64,000 bases of DNA. Source: a virus (taxonomy: Duplodnaviria; Caudoviricetes). The notes beneath the pieces are model-generated. The model was not told the DNA's origin and ran no database searches. It saw only the letters and a program-made list of their open reading frames with translations. Positions within the stretch are counted from its first letter, which is position 1, and every line of letters begins with the position of its first letter. This document shows positions 37,423 to 47,768 of the stretch, piece by piece. Location of the stretch: IMG/VR virus record IMGVR_UViG_3300023714_000001. One strand, 5' to 3'. Both the position numbers and the translations under genes were made by a program.

Positions 37423-37959
37423 ATGCGCGTCGGAATTTACTTTGGTTGCTTTATCCCGCTGCATAAGGGACACGAAGCGATGATTAAAACTGCTTTGTCT
37501 GAAAACGACCATCTGATTCTGGGGATTTGCGGTTACGATAAAGATCGCGGGCGCGATTATATTCCATTTCGGCAACGCATCAATCTTATGTCGAAAATAT
37601 ATGGCCAGTGCGAGAACATAACTCTGGCGATTGTGGACGATAAGAAAATCGGCCTCAAGGGAACGTTTAGTTTAAACGCCTGGGAAATCTGGTGCAGCGA
37701 ATTATTTCAAAACTCTGGGTTTGACCCCGACGACAAGAAGAATCAATATGTCTGGTATTCTGGCGAAAAGGATTATCTGGAGAAGATACAGCAGTTATAT
37801 CCTAGCCACGAAATGCGGCACATTTCCAGAGGCTTAATTCCGATTTCGGGAACAGAAATCAGAGCCAATACCAGTCAATATATCATACATGTCAATCCGT
37901 TATTTGCTTTGTACTTAGCAGCACGGGGATTATTGGAGGATAATAAACATGAAATTTAA
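37423..37959 (+). CDS. NMN/NaMN adenylyltransferase-like (cytidylyltransferase HxGH superfamily; NadM/NadR-type)
   Basis: GCFIPLHKGH and ISGTEIR motifs, plus operon context. Confidence 0.78.
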   Translation: MRVGIYFGCFIPLHKGHEAMIKTALSENDHLILGICGYDKDRGRDYIPFRQRINLMSKIYGQCENITLAIVDDKKIGLKGTFSLNAWEIWCSELFQNSGFDPDDKKNQYVWYSGEKDYLEKIQQLYPSHEMRHISRGLIPISGTEIRANTSQYIIHVNPLFALYLAARGLLEDNKHEI

Positions 37960-39166
37960 TCAAATCATCAATTCTCTCTTGGAAACTGACCTTTACAAAT
38001 TTAGCATGGGGCAGGCAATTTTCCATCAGGCCAGCGAATATGAAACCACCTGGTCTTTTAAATGCCGCAATAAAGACGTATTCTTTACGCCGGAAATGGT
38101 TGAAGAAATCCGTGAGCAGATAAAAGCATTCTGTGGCCTGCGTTTTACGGAAGACGAGCTTCAGTATTTGGCCGGAATCAAATGGTTGAAGAAGTCTTAT
38201 ATCAACCATCTGCGTCTGTGGCGGCCTAACTTTGAGGATTTCGATATCAAGGCGGGCGGCGAAAAGGGCCTTATTCTTGAGGCCAAAGGTACACTTCTGG
38301 ATACGTCCATGTATGAAATTCCGACCCTGGCTATTATCAATGAAGTGTATTTCCGGTTCCGTGACGACTACGAAGTTCTGGTGGAGGACTCTAAGGCACG
38401 TACACAGGCAAAAGCAGAAAAGATTCAGATGGGCAAGTATTGGCTGCCGGTATTCTCCGAATTCGGTCTGCGCCGCCGCCTTTGCGCAGAAGCACAGGAA
38501 TATGCTGTAGAAACATTCTCTAAACTGGATTGTCATGATGTCCTGCGTTCCTATTTTGTCGGCACATCCAATGTTTATCTGGCCAAGAAATATGGCGTAA
38601 CACCGGTAGGTACGATGGCGCATGAATGGATTATGTGCATGGGTCAGGGCAATCACCTGTACAATCCTTCCTACTCCAACAAAGTAGCACTGGAAGCCTG
38701 GGTAAGAGAGTATGGTGTAGATAATGGTATTGCGCTTACCGATACGATTACGACGGACTGCTTCCTGCGTGATTTCAACAAAACACTGGCTACACTCTTC
38801 AGTGGTGTACGCCATGACTCTGGTGACCCGTTTGTATGGGGTGACAAGATGATTGACCATTATACCCGTCTGGGAATTGACCCCATGACCAAAACGTTGC
38901 TGTTCTCCGACAGCCTTAACTTCGAGAAGGCAGATAAAATTGCCCATTACTTCGAGGGCAAAGCCAAAGTAGCTTTCGGCATTGGTACTTATATTGCCAA
39001 CGATACCTATGCTGAACCGCTTAACATTGTCATGAAAGTGACGGAATGCAATGGCAGCCCGGTTGCAAAAATCTCCGATACTGCCGGCAAGGGAATGTGC
39101 AAGAGTCAGGAATATGTGGACTACTTGCAGAGAGCTATTGACTGGCGCTTGAAGAACAAAGACTGA
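37949..39166 (+). CDS. pncB: Nicotinate phosphoribosyltransferase
   Basis: LETDLYKFSM, EFGLRRR, GTSNV, GTMAHE, RHDSGDP, FSDSL, AFGIGT and KISD--GK. Confidence 0.93.
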   Translation: MKFNQIINSLLETDLYKFSMGQAIFHQASEYETTWSFKCRNKDVFFTPEMVEEIREQIKAFCGLRFTEDELQYLAGIKWLKKSYINHLRLWRPNFEDFDIKAGGEKGLILEAKGTLLDTSMYEIPTLAIINEVYFRFRDDYEVLVEDSKARTQAKAEKIQMGKYWLPVFSEFGLRRRLCAEAQEYAVETFSKLDCHDVLRSYFVGTSNVYLAKKYGVTPVGTMAHEWIMCMGQGNHLYNPSYSNKVALEAWVREYGVDNGIALTDTITTDCFLRDFNKTLATLFSGVRHDSGDPFVWGDKMIDHYTRLGIDPMTKTLLFSDSLNFEKADKIAHYFEGKAKVAFGIGTYIANDTYAEPLNIVMKVTECNGSPVAKISDTAGKGMCKSQEYVDYLQRAIDWRLKNKD

Positions 39167-39178
39167 GGGGTGTTTTGC

Positions 39179-39949
39179 TTGTATCCTGAATTTGATGCAA
39201 AAAAAGACAAGGAAAAGATTATAGGCTTTTTGAGAAACTGGTTTGCCGAAAACGGTACGCCGGAAACAAAAGCTGTAATAGGCATTTCCGGAGGCAAGGA
39301 TTCTTCTATTGCTGCAGCACTTTGCGTAGAAGCGCTGGGGGAAGATAATGTCATTGGAGTTCTCATGCCCAATGGCATTCAGCCAGACATTGATGATGCG
39401 CTTGAGGTGGTAAAACATCTTGGTATTAAATATCGCATTGTCAATATTGAATCGTCGTACAAAGCTATGCTTAAAGCGCTGCAGTATACCGAGGCCAAAG
39501 TTGACAACAACTTCCATTTTTCAGTTACAGACCAGCTTCTTCAGAATCTTGCGCCAAGGTTGCGGATGGCAACGTTATATGCTATAGCACAGGGGGTAGA
39601 AGGTGGTGGCCGCGTTATCAATACCTGTAACCATTCCGAAGACTATGTAGGCTATTCGACAAAATTCGGTGATAGCGCCGGCGACGTTTCCCCGCTTGGC
39701 GCTTATACCGTAGATGAAGTTCTGGCCATCGGAGCGCTTTTGGACATTCCGGAAAGGCTGGTACACAAAACTCCTTCCGACGGTCTCTGTGGCAAAACCG
39801 ATGAAGACAACCTGGGCTTTACTTATGCTGCTTTGGACAAGTATATAAAAACCGGCGAATGTGAGGATGAGCTGGTGCAGAAACGAATTGATGAGCTGCA
39901 TTATATCAATCTTCACAAACTCAAGCCAATGCCAATGGTTGAGCGGTAA
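39179..39949 (+). CDS. nadE: NH3-dependent NAD+ synthetase
   Basis: GISGGKDSS, NLAPRLRMATLY, GYSTKFGD and PSDGL. No glutaminase domain. TTG 39179 preferred over GTG 39170 because of SD spacing. Confidence 0.93.
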   Translation: MYPEFDAKKDKEKIIGFLRNWFAENGTPETKAVIGISGGKDSSIAAALCVEALGEDNVIGVLMPNGIQPDIDDALEVVKHLGIKYRIVNIESSYKAMLKALQYTEAKVDNNFHFSVTDQLLQNLAPRLRMATLYAIAQGVEGGGRVINTCNHSEDYVGYSTKFGDSAGDVSPLGAYTVDEVLAIGALLDIPERLVHKTPSDGLCGKTDEDNLGFTYAALDKYIKTGECEDELVQKRIDELHYINLHKLKPMPMVER

Positions 39950-39954
39950 TCAGC

Positions 39955-39990
39955 AAAAAGCTTCTATCGAATGATAGAGGCTTTTTATTT
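39955..39990 (+). terminator. Intrinsic terminator closing the NAD operon
   Basis: AAAAAGCTTCTATC-GAAT-GATAGAGGCTTTTT-ATTT. Confidence 0.85.
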
Positions 39991-40068
39991 ATGCGTGGAC
40001 TAAAGCATTCCAGATGGTAATGTCTGGACTAGATAAAATTCGGAAAACACCAGATAGGAAGGAAAACA

Positions 40069-40857
40069 ATGCGTACAGCTGAAGATATAAATTTAAGTAT
40101 AAAAGATAGTTTTTATAAGTTAACCGGGCGGGAATACCGGTCGGGAAGCGCACTGGGGTTTATTACGGACGCTGTGTCGCGCGAAATGGAAACGGCTCAT
40201 CTTGAAATCGAGCGTAATAAAAATCCCCATATCTATACAAATCTATACGGGGAAGACCTTGATAAAATGGGGACATTTGTGAATATTCCTCGCGAAGCCG
40301 GCGAAGATGATATGACATACCTGTACAGGATTATGAATTGGACGTATTTAAAAGCAGGAGCAAATAATATTGCCGTAAACGACTCTTTGCTGAATCTTGA
40401 ATACGCATCCGATGCTCAGTATTATCCGCAAGTTCATGGTGCTGGCACAGGGGTTATCTACATTATTCCGACAGAATATAGTGATGACGTTATGGCAAAA
40501 GCACTGGCTGAAGTAAAAGAACGCGTCAAAAATGTTATCTCGCCAGAATCCTATACGGAATATATTATTCCTACGGCAGTGCCGGTCAATCTGGTATGCC
40601 ACCTTGAAGTGAATGGCGGCGACGTTTCTTACATTAAAGATAAGATCACCGAAGCATTGAAGGACTATATCAACGGAATCGCCCCAAACACATACTTATC
40701 TGTTGGCGAGATGAACCGTATCGGGCTGGAAATGGACAATGTTGATTTCTTTTCGATAGACGGGGTTTACCTTAATGAAGAATACAACACAAGTACAAAA
40801 ATACTACAAGAGTTAGAGACTAAGATGTTATTTCAAGAAATTAGCTGGGAGGATTAA
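40069..40857 (+). CDS. Baseplate J-like protein
   Basis: GEDLDKMG...R-AGEDD--Y-YRI...GAGTGVIYIIP...IKDKITEALKDYIN pattern. Confidence 0.65.
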   Translation: MRTAEDINLSIKDSFYKLTGREYRSGSALGFITDAVSREMETAHLEIERNKNPHIYTNLYGEDLDKMGTFVNIPREAGEDDMTYLYRIMNWTYLKAGANNIAVNDSLLNLEYASDAQYYPQVHGAGTGVIYIIPTEYSDDVMAKALAEVKERVKNVISPESYTEYIIPTAVPVNLVCHLEVNGGDVSYIKDKITEALKDYINGIAPNTYLSVGEMNRIGLEMDNVDFFSIDGVYLNEEYNTSTKILQELETKMLFQEISWED

Positions 40858-40863
40858 TAAGTT

Positions 40864-43800
40864 ATGAGCTTGTCTATGGAATCAGTCTTGCCAAGCATGA
40901 AGCGAAGCTTCCCAAGCTGGTCGGACATTCGCAAACGCACGGATAAATCAGTCGGCGGCGCCTTGATAAAATCATATGCAAGAGAAGCGGATTATATTCA
41001 GGATGCAATAAATGACTATCGGAAAATATTCTTCCTGTTAAACTACAAAGATCATGAAGATGAGTTTGCCGACTATCTTTATCTCGCAACAGTGGGTAAA
41101 CAGGAAGCAATTAGCATAGTTGGTTTTGAATGCGAAGTAACCAAAGATGACAATGAGTTTTATGGCAATATGGATAAGATGGCCTTATATCAAGATGGTT
41201 ATCTTATGTTCCATGAAAAAGTCCTGCCGGAAGGGGCGAGCCAAAAGACTATCCAATATCAAATCGAGAATGGCAATATCTATGAAGTAGAACTCCACAA
41301 GGAGCACATTTGGAACGCTTTTGATGAATTTGCTTTGTTTGCCGGGTTGACAAGATATGGCGGCGAAACAAACAAGGAGTTGGCAAAAAGAACTGTCCAG
41401 GTTTTTAAAGAGTTTCCGAACCCAACTCGGTCTGGTATTGGAAATGCAATACAGGATGCAATAACTCCTCATGCCACTATTCTTGACGAAGATATTGACG
41501 TTTATAAAATCAGTGATGAAAAGTTTGATCTTGGGCGCGAGGATCACAAAGCTATATATGAGGATATGGTTCAGCTAAACCGGGACATATTCCGGGCAAA
41601 GATTTGGAACCGAGATACATGGGAGCATGGATTCCAGAAGACGGAATATATTCCTCATATGTGGGATGCACCCATGGAGGCCGTACAGAATGGTGTTGGT
41701 TATAATGATTCGCTGCGAGCGGATTATATAAACCGTTTAGGCCAGAGCGAAACGACCGATATTGAAGTTAACGCCTACAAAAAAGACTTTGAAAAAATTC
41801 GTCAATATATTGGCTGCACGAATATCGAAGCATCCATTCAGTTAACCCTAACAAAATATACTGACGCGGTTAACCCCAAAAACGTAGAGTTCTGTATCAG
41901 AGCATATGATGTACTCAAGGTGTCCAACCCAAAGGACATCCGTGTATTGGGAACAAGAAAGCAGAATGGCGAAAAACGCTACTATGTAGACGATCTTGCA
42001 ACAGAAACATATGGAGTAACTCGCGTAGCCAGTAATACGTTAGAGAAAAATGCTTCGTACAAACTTTGCTTTAAGCCCAAAGACACATTTTCGGGGATGA
42101 GTATTGAAAAGTGTAGACTGGCATATGATGGCGGCGATAAAGATCTGCGCAAAGAATATTCTTACTACAAAATAAAAGACGGCAGCATTGTAAACCAAAA
42201 TGTTGCTGCTCATATCACATCAACCTCCCAGGTTACAACAAACCATAATGTAGAAGATTGCAGCACGGGCATTACGGTTGGACATAGCGACTCAAAAGGC
42301 TCGTTTGGTATTGACGTAACCGGTATGGCCAAAGAAATGGTTAACTACAGTGTAAGCTGCCGGCGCATTGACATTACATCATCCAGTTATGTGGAAGGCC
42401 GTAATGGTTTTGAATTGGGTTCAGATGGAAAATCGTTTTCCAATAACCGGTCAGACTCTCTTGGTCAGATCGTGATTGGCGGCCAGGGTAGGGAACTTAG
42501 TTGTAATTCTTATTCTTTTACGCTGGAAGCCTCGGCAATTCCTGCCCTTCAGGGCGCAATAACTGTAACGGAAATTGTTGACGGTCAGATAACACAAATG
42601 ACTTACCGCCAGCCACAGGATATAGTTCGCGAATTCAAAAAGCGTTCTGAAGTTCAGGTTGTTATTCAAAAGTATGGTCAGAACCCTGTGAAGATTAAAA
42701 ACATCGCCATGGCAAGTTACGATGTCAATATTGGCATGTCCGATGGCACCCCGCTGGTGGTAGCTGGGAAAAATACCCGCCTGCCGGAAAACGTAGACGG
42801 AAAAATACTCACCGTCGAACTTATTCCGTATACTGCAGCATATCCGGTACTGGAATACCTGCATATCGGTGGAAGCCTAAAAGGTGCACGTTATGAAATT
42901 GATTTTAATACTAACGGCATGAATAATCCGGCATTGGATATAGATACCGACTGCAATGTTACACTTTACAAGAAGGTTGGCGGCAGCAATATCCTTGTCG
43001 GAACTGAAAACGGATACACGACAAAAGCGGTGTTCAGAAACACATCCAGTACATCGTTCGGACAGATTGTTTTAGATCTTGACGATTTTGCTTCAATATC
43101 AAGTGCAAGCAGAAAGATTAGCAATCAATACCGCGGCACGAATAAAAGATATATAGAGCTTGCTCCGGGAGAAGAGATTTTTGAGATTGATATCGCCGGC
43201 GAAGTAATTCGGCAGATTACCAACAAGCCGCTAACAGAATATTTGTTTGGCTCAAATACTCAAAATAAAGAGGTATATGCTACACGGGGAACAAACGGGT
43301 ATATTCTTATAAAAGATACCGTGAGTGGACAAACGACAAAAACAACTATTCCGTATACAGATTTGGATGGCCGCGCAGACACCTACCAGCTCACAGGACT
43401 GCCTAAAGAATTATCTGCAGAATTTGTAACGTCCAATGGAGAAATCAAAGAAATAGCTAATTCCGGTAACGGTAGTGTGTTTGATCATCTTGGCATTGCG
43501 TATAAGCAGGCGTCAGAATATGTCGCCTACAATACTGTTTCGATGATTAAAGAAAAACAAACTGGCGTAGAAATGGTAAACACGTTTACGCCGGTTATGT
43601 CTTTAACTGAGATGAAATACTATGTTATTGCTGCGACAAAAAATGTCAATGACAACACAGTCGTGTTCGGCACATCAAAAGATGACTGGAGTTTAGGCGT
43701 TGACCTTAAAGGCATAGATATCAGCACCACTTTGGAAACGAAGAATGCAGACTCCTGGATTATTAGTATCAACAATGTCAATAACAGGTATATTCTTGCG

Positions 43801-45900
43801 AATGAAGTGCCGTTAGAAGAACGGTATTTCATTGAGCAGGATGGACTTTATCATGATTTGCGCGAATACATGGTCGCAACAGAGCCGGGCCTGAAAATCA
43901 ACTATGAGATTGAACCAGGAATCGAAGAAAGCATAACCGTAAAGGACAAACTGGTAAACAAGCTAAAATACTCCAATATAAACGACATTAAAATCTATCA
44001 GGGGACAGCACTCATCAGCGGCGGCTTTGAGCTTCTAAAAGATGAAGGACTTATCATTTGGTCGGATGGCCGCTATCTGGGGATTCCCTTAAAGGTGGTC
44101 TACTCTATAAAGAGGCCCTCAACGGTATCCTATACCAGAGAATATGAGGATAAACTGTATAAGCTCGTTAGCTTTTCGGCCGAGGCGTACAAGCTCATCG
44201 GAACAAAAGTATATAAAAACTGTCCAGACGGTGCACAGTACACCCTGCATTTTGAAGAAGAGCCAGATAAAATAATCACTTCTTGCACAAACGCGTCATT
44301 CAATACGTCTGTACTGAATGGAGTATTGACAGCAGCCCGTGTGGTTGATGAAGATAAAATAGCTGTGCATAATGGCTATATCTACGACCAGGGGCGGGAG
44401 TATTATTATTTTAGCGATATATTCAATGATAAGGTAGATGTCTTTAGCAATATCGAAATGCATGACGTCACTCGCCTTAACGGAGAACTCCTATTCCACA
44501 TGCGTTCTACAAACTACCTGCCGTATTCCAATATGAAGACGTCGGTTATGGCAGATCTTTGTTCGATAGACCTCACCAAGAGACTCCCGCCGGGAATAAG
44601 CAGAGCTGCTCATCTTACTGCGTGTGAAGGGTACAATCTCTGGCACACGGTAAATATGAAAATCGCCTTGGCAGAAAATGGGTTAAACGGATACGGCCTG
44701 TCTTTAAAGTCCCTTGATAAAACCGGCGGGTATGCGGCATTAAATATCACTTCCTTCTATATTGAAGGGAACGCGATATCTCTTCAGGTTACTGGTGATT
44801 TGCAGGCAGAAATCATAAAAGAAACCCAATTGGATGGGCTCACGATGACAAAATCTATTTTTCTTGAAAGAGAAAACGGGCAGACGTTAACCATAGATAA
44901 CGATATTGCATATGTCGTCTGTGGGCAGCCAGAGAAAAATTGTCGGTATTTTATGGTACTCTCCGGAACAAACGGCTCTATTGATGATCTTGTGTCGTTG
45001 CCATATGTAGACTTAAAAAACATGAGAGCTGCTCACAAGAAGAACATAAGCAAGCTAAACTTTAGCATAGCCGAGAAGATGCCGGGAAAATACGAGTGTG
45101 ATCTCGAGTTTGATGTTGCGGGAGCCGCATATAAAGATCTCAATATCCATAGCCAGACAAAAGAAATTGAGACTTCGGCGGATGTTGAATACGGGCTCAC
45201 ACTCGTGGAATCTGTAGATCTTGAAAAGTGCATGATTTCAAGGATGCAGATAACAAAAGGTACGCTCATGGCTACACTCAATGAAGGTTATGCAAAAACC
45301 CCAATATTCTTCACGCATACAAAGTCCTCAGTATACGCATTGTATGTAAAAATCAACGATATTATTGAGGGGCGCTACAAGGGGTTCACTATAAAACTTT
45401 ACGGCTCTAACACGAGAAGCGGTGGATATACCCTGCTTGCAACAGAAGAAGACAGTAACATTCTTTCAATCCCGCATAATCTCGTACGAAACTACTACTA
45501 TGTAGAAGTTATTGCCGATAAAAATAAAGTAATTCATAGCATAGATGTTTATGCAAGATATGCGGAAACTGAAGACGGCGGCAAACTTGCACCAACGAGA
45601 ATTGGGAAGGGTACGTTCATTAGCAAGATATATGACGTTGGGGAAGTGGCGGATTATATTCTCCAAGACATTGATTACACAACAAATAATCATGATAGTG
45701 ATGTCGAGTTTTATATCCGTGGCGTACGCGAGGGGAAAAGTAATTTGGTATTTACCCCTTGGAGAAAATACGTGGCAAATGCAGATAAGTTAAAGCAGAT
45801 TCGCTATGATGGCTATTCCTTATTCCAGTTCAAGATAAATGTCAATAGTCCCGCAGCAACCCTTAAGGTTAATAAATTTAGAATGGTGGTCGCATCGTAA
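40864..45900 (+). CDS. Large baseplate/structural protein (1678 aa)
   Basis: Follows the J-like gene. WNAFDEFALFAGLTRY-GETNKEL motif typical of wedge proteins. Remainder is beta-rich. Confidence 0.6.
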   Translation: MSLSMESVLPSMKRSFPSWSDIRKRTDKSVGGALIKSYAREADYIQDAINDYRKIFFLLNYKDHEDEFADYLYLATVGKQEAISIVGFECEVTKDDNEFYGNMDKMALYQDGYLMFHEKVLPEGASQKTIQYQIENGNIYEVELHKEHIWNAFDEFALFAGLTRYGGETNKELAKRTVQVFKEFPNPTRSGIGNAIQDAITPHATILDEDIDVYKISDEKFDLGREDHKAIYEDMVQLNRDIFRAKIWNRDTWEHGFQKTEYIPHMWDAPMEAVQNGVGYNDSLRADYINRLGQSETTDIEVNAYKKDFEKIRQYIGCTNIEASIQLTLTKYTDAVNPKNVEFCIRAYDVLKVSNPKDIRVLGTRKQNGEKRYYVDDLATETYGVTRVASNTLEKNASYKLCFKPKDTFSGMSIEKCRLAYDGGDKDLRKEYSYYKIKDGSIVNQNVAAHITSTSQVTTNHNVEDCSTGITVGHSDSKGSFGIDVTGMAKEMVNYSVSCRRIDITSSSYVEGRNGFELGSDGKSFSNNRSDSLGQIVIGGQGRELSCNSYSFTLEASAIPALQGAITVTEIVDGQITQMTYRQPQDIVREFKKRSEVQVVIQKYGQNPVKIKNIAMASYDVNIGMSDGTPLVVAGKNTRLPENVDGKILTVELIPYTAAYPVLEYLHIGGSLKGARYEIDFNTNGMNNPALDIDTDCNVTLYKKVGGSNILVGTENGYTTKAVFRNTSSTSFGQIVLDLDDFASISSASRKISNQYRGTNKRYIELAPGEEIFEIDIAGEVIRQITNKPLTEYLFGSNTQNKEVYATRGTNGYILIKDTVSGQTTKTTIPYTDLDGRADTYQLTGLPKELSAEFVTSNGEIKEIANSGNGSVFDHLGIAYKQASEYVAYNTVSMIKEKQTGVEMVNTFTPVMSLTEMKYYVIAATKNVNDNTVVFGTSKDDWSLGVDLKGIDISTTLETKNADSWIISINNVNNRYILANEVPLEERYFIEQDGLYHDLREYMVATEPGLKINYEIEPGIEESITVKDKLVNKLKYSNINDIKIYQGTALISGGFELLKDEGLIIWSDGRYLGIPLKVVYSIKRPSTVSYTREYEDKLYKLVSFSAEAYKLIGTKVYKNCPDGAQYTLHFEEEPDKIITSCTNASFNTSVLNGVLTAARVVDEDKIAVHNGYIYDQGREYYYFSDIFNDKVDVFSNIEMHDVTRLNGELLFHMRSTNYLPYSNMKTSVMADLCSIDLTKRLPPGISRAAHLTACEGYNLWHTVNMKIALAENGLNGYGLSLKSLDKTGGYAALNITSFYIEGNAISLQVTGDLQAEIIKETQLDGLTMTKSIFLERENGQTLTIDNDIAYVVCGQPEKNCRYFMVLSGTNGSIDDLVSLPYVDLKNMRAAHKKNISKLNFSIAEKMPGKYECDLEFDVAGAAYKDLNIHSQTKEIETSADVEYGLTLVESVDLEKCMISRMQITKGTLMATLNEGYAKTPIFFTHTKSSVYALYVKINDIIEGRYKGFTIKLYGSNTRSGGYTLLATEEDSNILSIPHNLVRNYYYVEVIADKNKVIHSIDVYARYAETEDGGKLAPTRIGKGTFISKIYDVGEVADYILQDIDYTTNNHDSDVEFYIRGVREGKSNLVFTPWRKYVANADKLKQIRYDGYSLFQFKINVNSPAATLKVNKFRMVVAS

Positions 45901-47768
45901 TGCAGGAAATTTTTCAAACAAATGGCCGCGTAGAAGGCATGAATGGCATGCACTTCTACGAGCAGGACATTGTTATGTTGAACTACATATACACCGGTGA
46001 TGTGACAATCGAAACAGAGATTGACTATGCTATGCCGGGGTTTGGTTTTGTGTTTGCTTCGTACAGTATTGGTTTCACCAGTGCTGACGAGGCGCGCAGC
46101 GCCATATTGGTTAAAGTTGGCGGCTTAGACTTCTCTGTATATAAAAAGAGTCTTGGAACGCAAAGCCGGTTGTATAATTCCAGCTGCCCTTTTACCCCTG
46201 ATAAGAAAACGCACAAACTAAAGTTCCAGAAAACCGGGACATATGTTTATTGCTACGAGATTGTCGGGGAAAAAGAGTATGAGCTTGGGCATATTAATAC
46301 AAAAACCGATATTGACAAGTTTTATATCGGTGTTTATTCCAATAAAGGGAACACGGTAAGACGGTTGGATATTTACGACAATCGTCCGCAGCACTGGTTT
46401 ACGAACATCCGTAACACTAATGGCGGCAGAATTTCTTTTGAACAGAATGCGTTTAAAGTCGAAAATGCTGAAAAGGATGCTGAAATTGATCAGGAGCTTA
46501 TCTTCCTAAAGCGTGGTCGGTATTTTCTTGACTACAAAGAAGAGCCTGTAAACGGCGATTTAGACAAGCGCGTGTTTATCTTTAATTCGACTGAGCCCAA
46601 AATAAAGGCACCGGAAAAGACAAAGCTGAAATTCGATGAACTTAGATACGGGAAGATCCCATACTTTGACATGGACGCGGATGGTTATGTAAATATTTTA
46701 TGGCAAATCGCATCGGGTAGAATTTCCAACATTGCGATTAAGGATGACCATCGCCAGGATTTTGTACCGACAGGTGAAACCATAGAGGAGCGAGAAGGCA
46801 GCTATATTCTAGTTCGGATGAAGGGGCTGAGAAAAGTTGAATGGGCAGGCGTCGTGGAAAAAGTACCGGTATCTGCGCTTACGCAAAAAATCCCCTATAG
46901 TCTGTTTAGTTACGACGGTTCAACTTTGAGCATGGATAGTGCCGGGGTAAAACTTGACAAATCGTATAGGTATGTATTTGAAAAAATCGCAACCGACACA
47001 TGGAAGCTTGCGGTAACCGAAGATTTTGGCAAAGAACCAAGAGTTGTTTACACACATACCTATACTTCTAAAAACCAGACTGCCAGGATTTTCGATGCAG
47101 TGTCGGCAAAAATCACCAGTTTGACAATTGTCAAAGAAGACGGCGAAGAAATCGACATTATTAATCGAAGGTCAATACGCAAAATTGTGCCGGCGGCGAT
47201 TAAAGGGCCAATTATCGTTACAGATAGCGATAATATCCCATTGGACTTGTCTGCTTCTTATAGAGTCCTCCCTGATGAAAGAATTGTTTTTACAAATTAT
47301 GAGCGAGAGGTTTTTGATGTTGAGGAATCCTTCTTACTAAACAAAGTTGCCAATGAAAACACTGACATTATTTTGTATGGTATCTACGGTGATATAGACA
47401 AAAGCAAGATGTACCACATTCGGGACGAAGCAATGATTTCCGACATAAGCTACGCTGTAAAAAGATACGACATTATTAGTGGTGACCTGTTCAAAGTTCA
47501 GGATGGGCAGCTTATTGTCCCAGATGATAGTGTATTGCAGCGCGGCTATAGCTCTTTTATTGTAGAATATTTAAAAGAGAATAGCTATTGCATTAACACA
47601 TCAGCGGACGGAACGGAATATGTAGTGGATATTATTACAAAATCGCCGATCGTCAATACGATGTATGATATGACGGAAGATGGCCGTGTCAGAGCATATA
47701 AAATTGATGACACGTTAAAACCTGGAGACAATAGTTACCTTGTATTGAGAAAGGATGAATTAAGCTGA
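45900..47768 (+). CDS. Structural protein (622 aa), beta-rich
   Basis: TAATG coupling to the upstream gene; long ORF. Confidence 0.7.
   Translation: MQEIFQTNGRVEGMNGMHFYEQDIVMLNYIYTGDVTIETEIDYAMPGFGFVFASYSIGFTSADEARSAILVKVGGLDFSVYKKSLGTQSRLYNSSCPFTPDKKTHKLKFQKTGTYVYCYEIVGEKEYELGHINTKTDIDKFYIGVYSNKGNTVRRLDIYDNRPQHWFTNIRNTNGGRISFEQNAFKVENAEKDAEIDQELIFLKRGRYFLDYKEEPVNGDLDKRVFIFNSTEPKIKAPEKTKLKFDELRYGKIPYFDMDADGYVNILWQIASGRISNIAIKDDHRQDFVPTGETIEEREGSYILVRMKGLRKVEWAGVVEKVPVSALTQKIPYSLFSYDGSTLSMDSAGVKLDKSYRYVFEKIATDTWKLAVTEDFGKEPRVVYTHTYTSKNQTARIFDAVSAKITSLTIVKEDGEEIDIINRRSIRKIVPAAIKGPIIVTDSDNIPLDLSASYRVLPDERIVFTNYEREVFDVEESFLLNKVANENTDIILYGIYGDIDKSKMYHIRDEAMISDISYAVKRYDIISGDLFKVQDGQLIVPDDSVLQRGYSSFIVEYLKENSYCINTSADGTEYVVDIITKSPIVNTMYDMTEDGRVRAYKIDDTLKPGDNSYLVLRKDELS

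Noticed and set aside
37892-39517. 541-aa minus-strand ORF
   Set aside because: Antisense shadow of the well-conserved pncB and nadE. No recognisable motifs or SD.
36092-39949. Calling the operon NARP1 or NARP2
   Set aside because: There is no Prs-like Adps/Namat pair. The phosphoribosyltransferase has PncB motifs and is accompanied by PncA and NadE, which define the deamidating route.
40009-40028. Hairpin TCCAGAT-GGTAAT-GTCTGGA as an N4-type hairpin promoter
   Set aside because: The other copies of the GTAAT motif lack a comparable stem, so the hairpin is not a conserved promoter feature.
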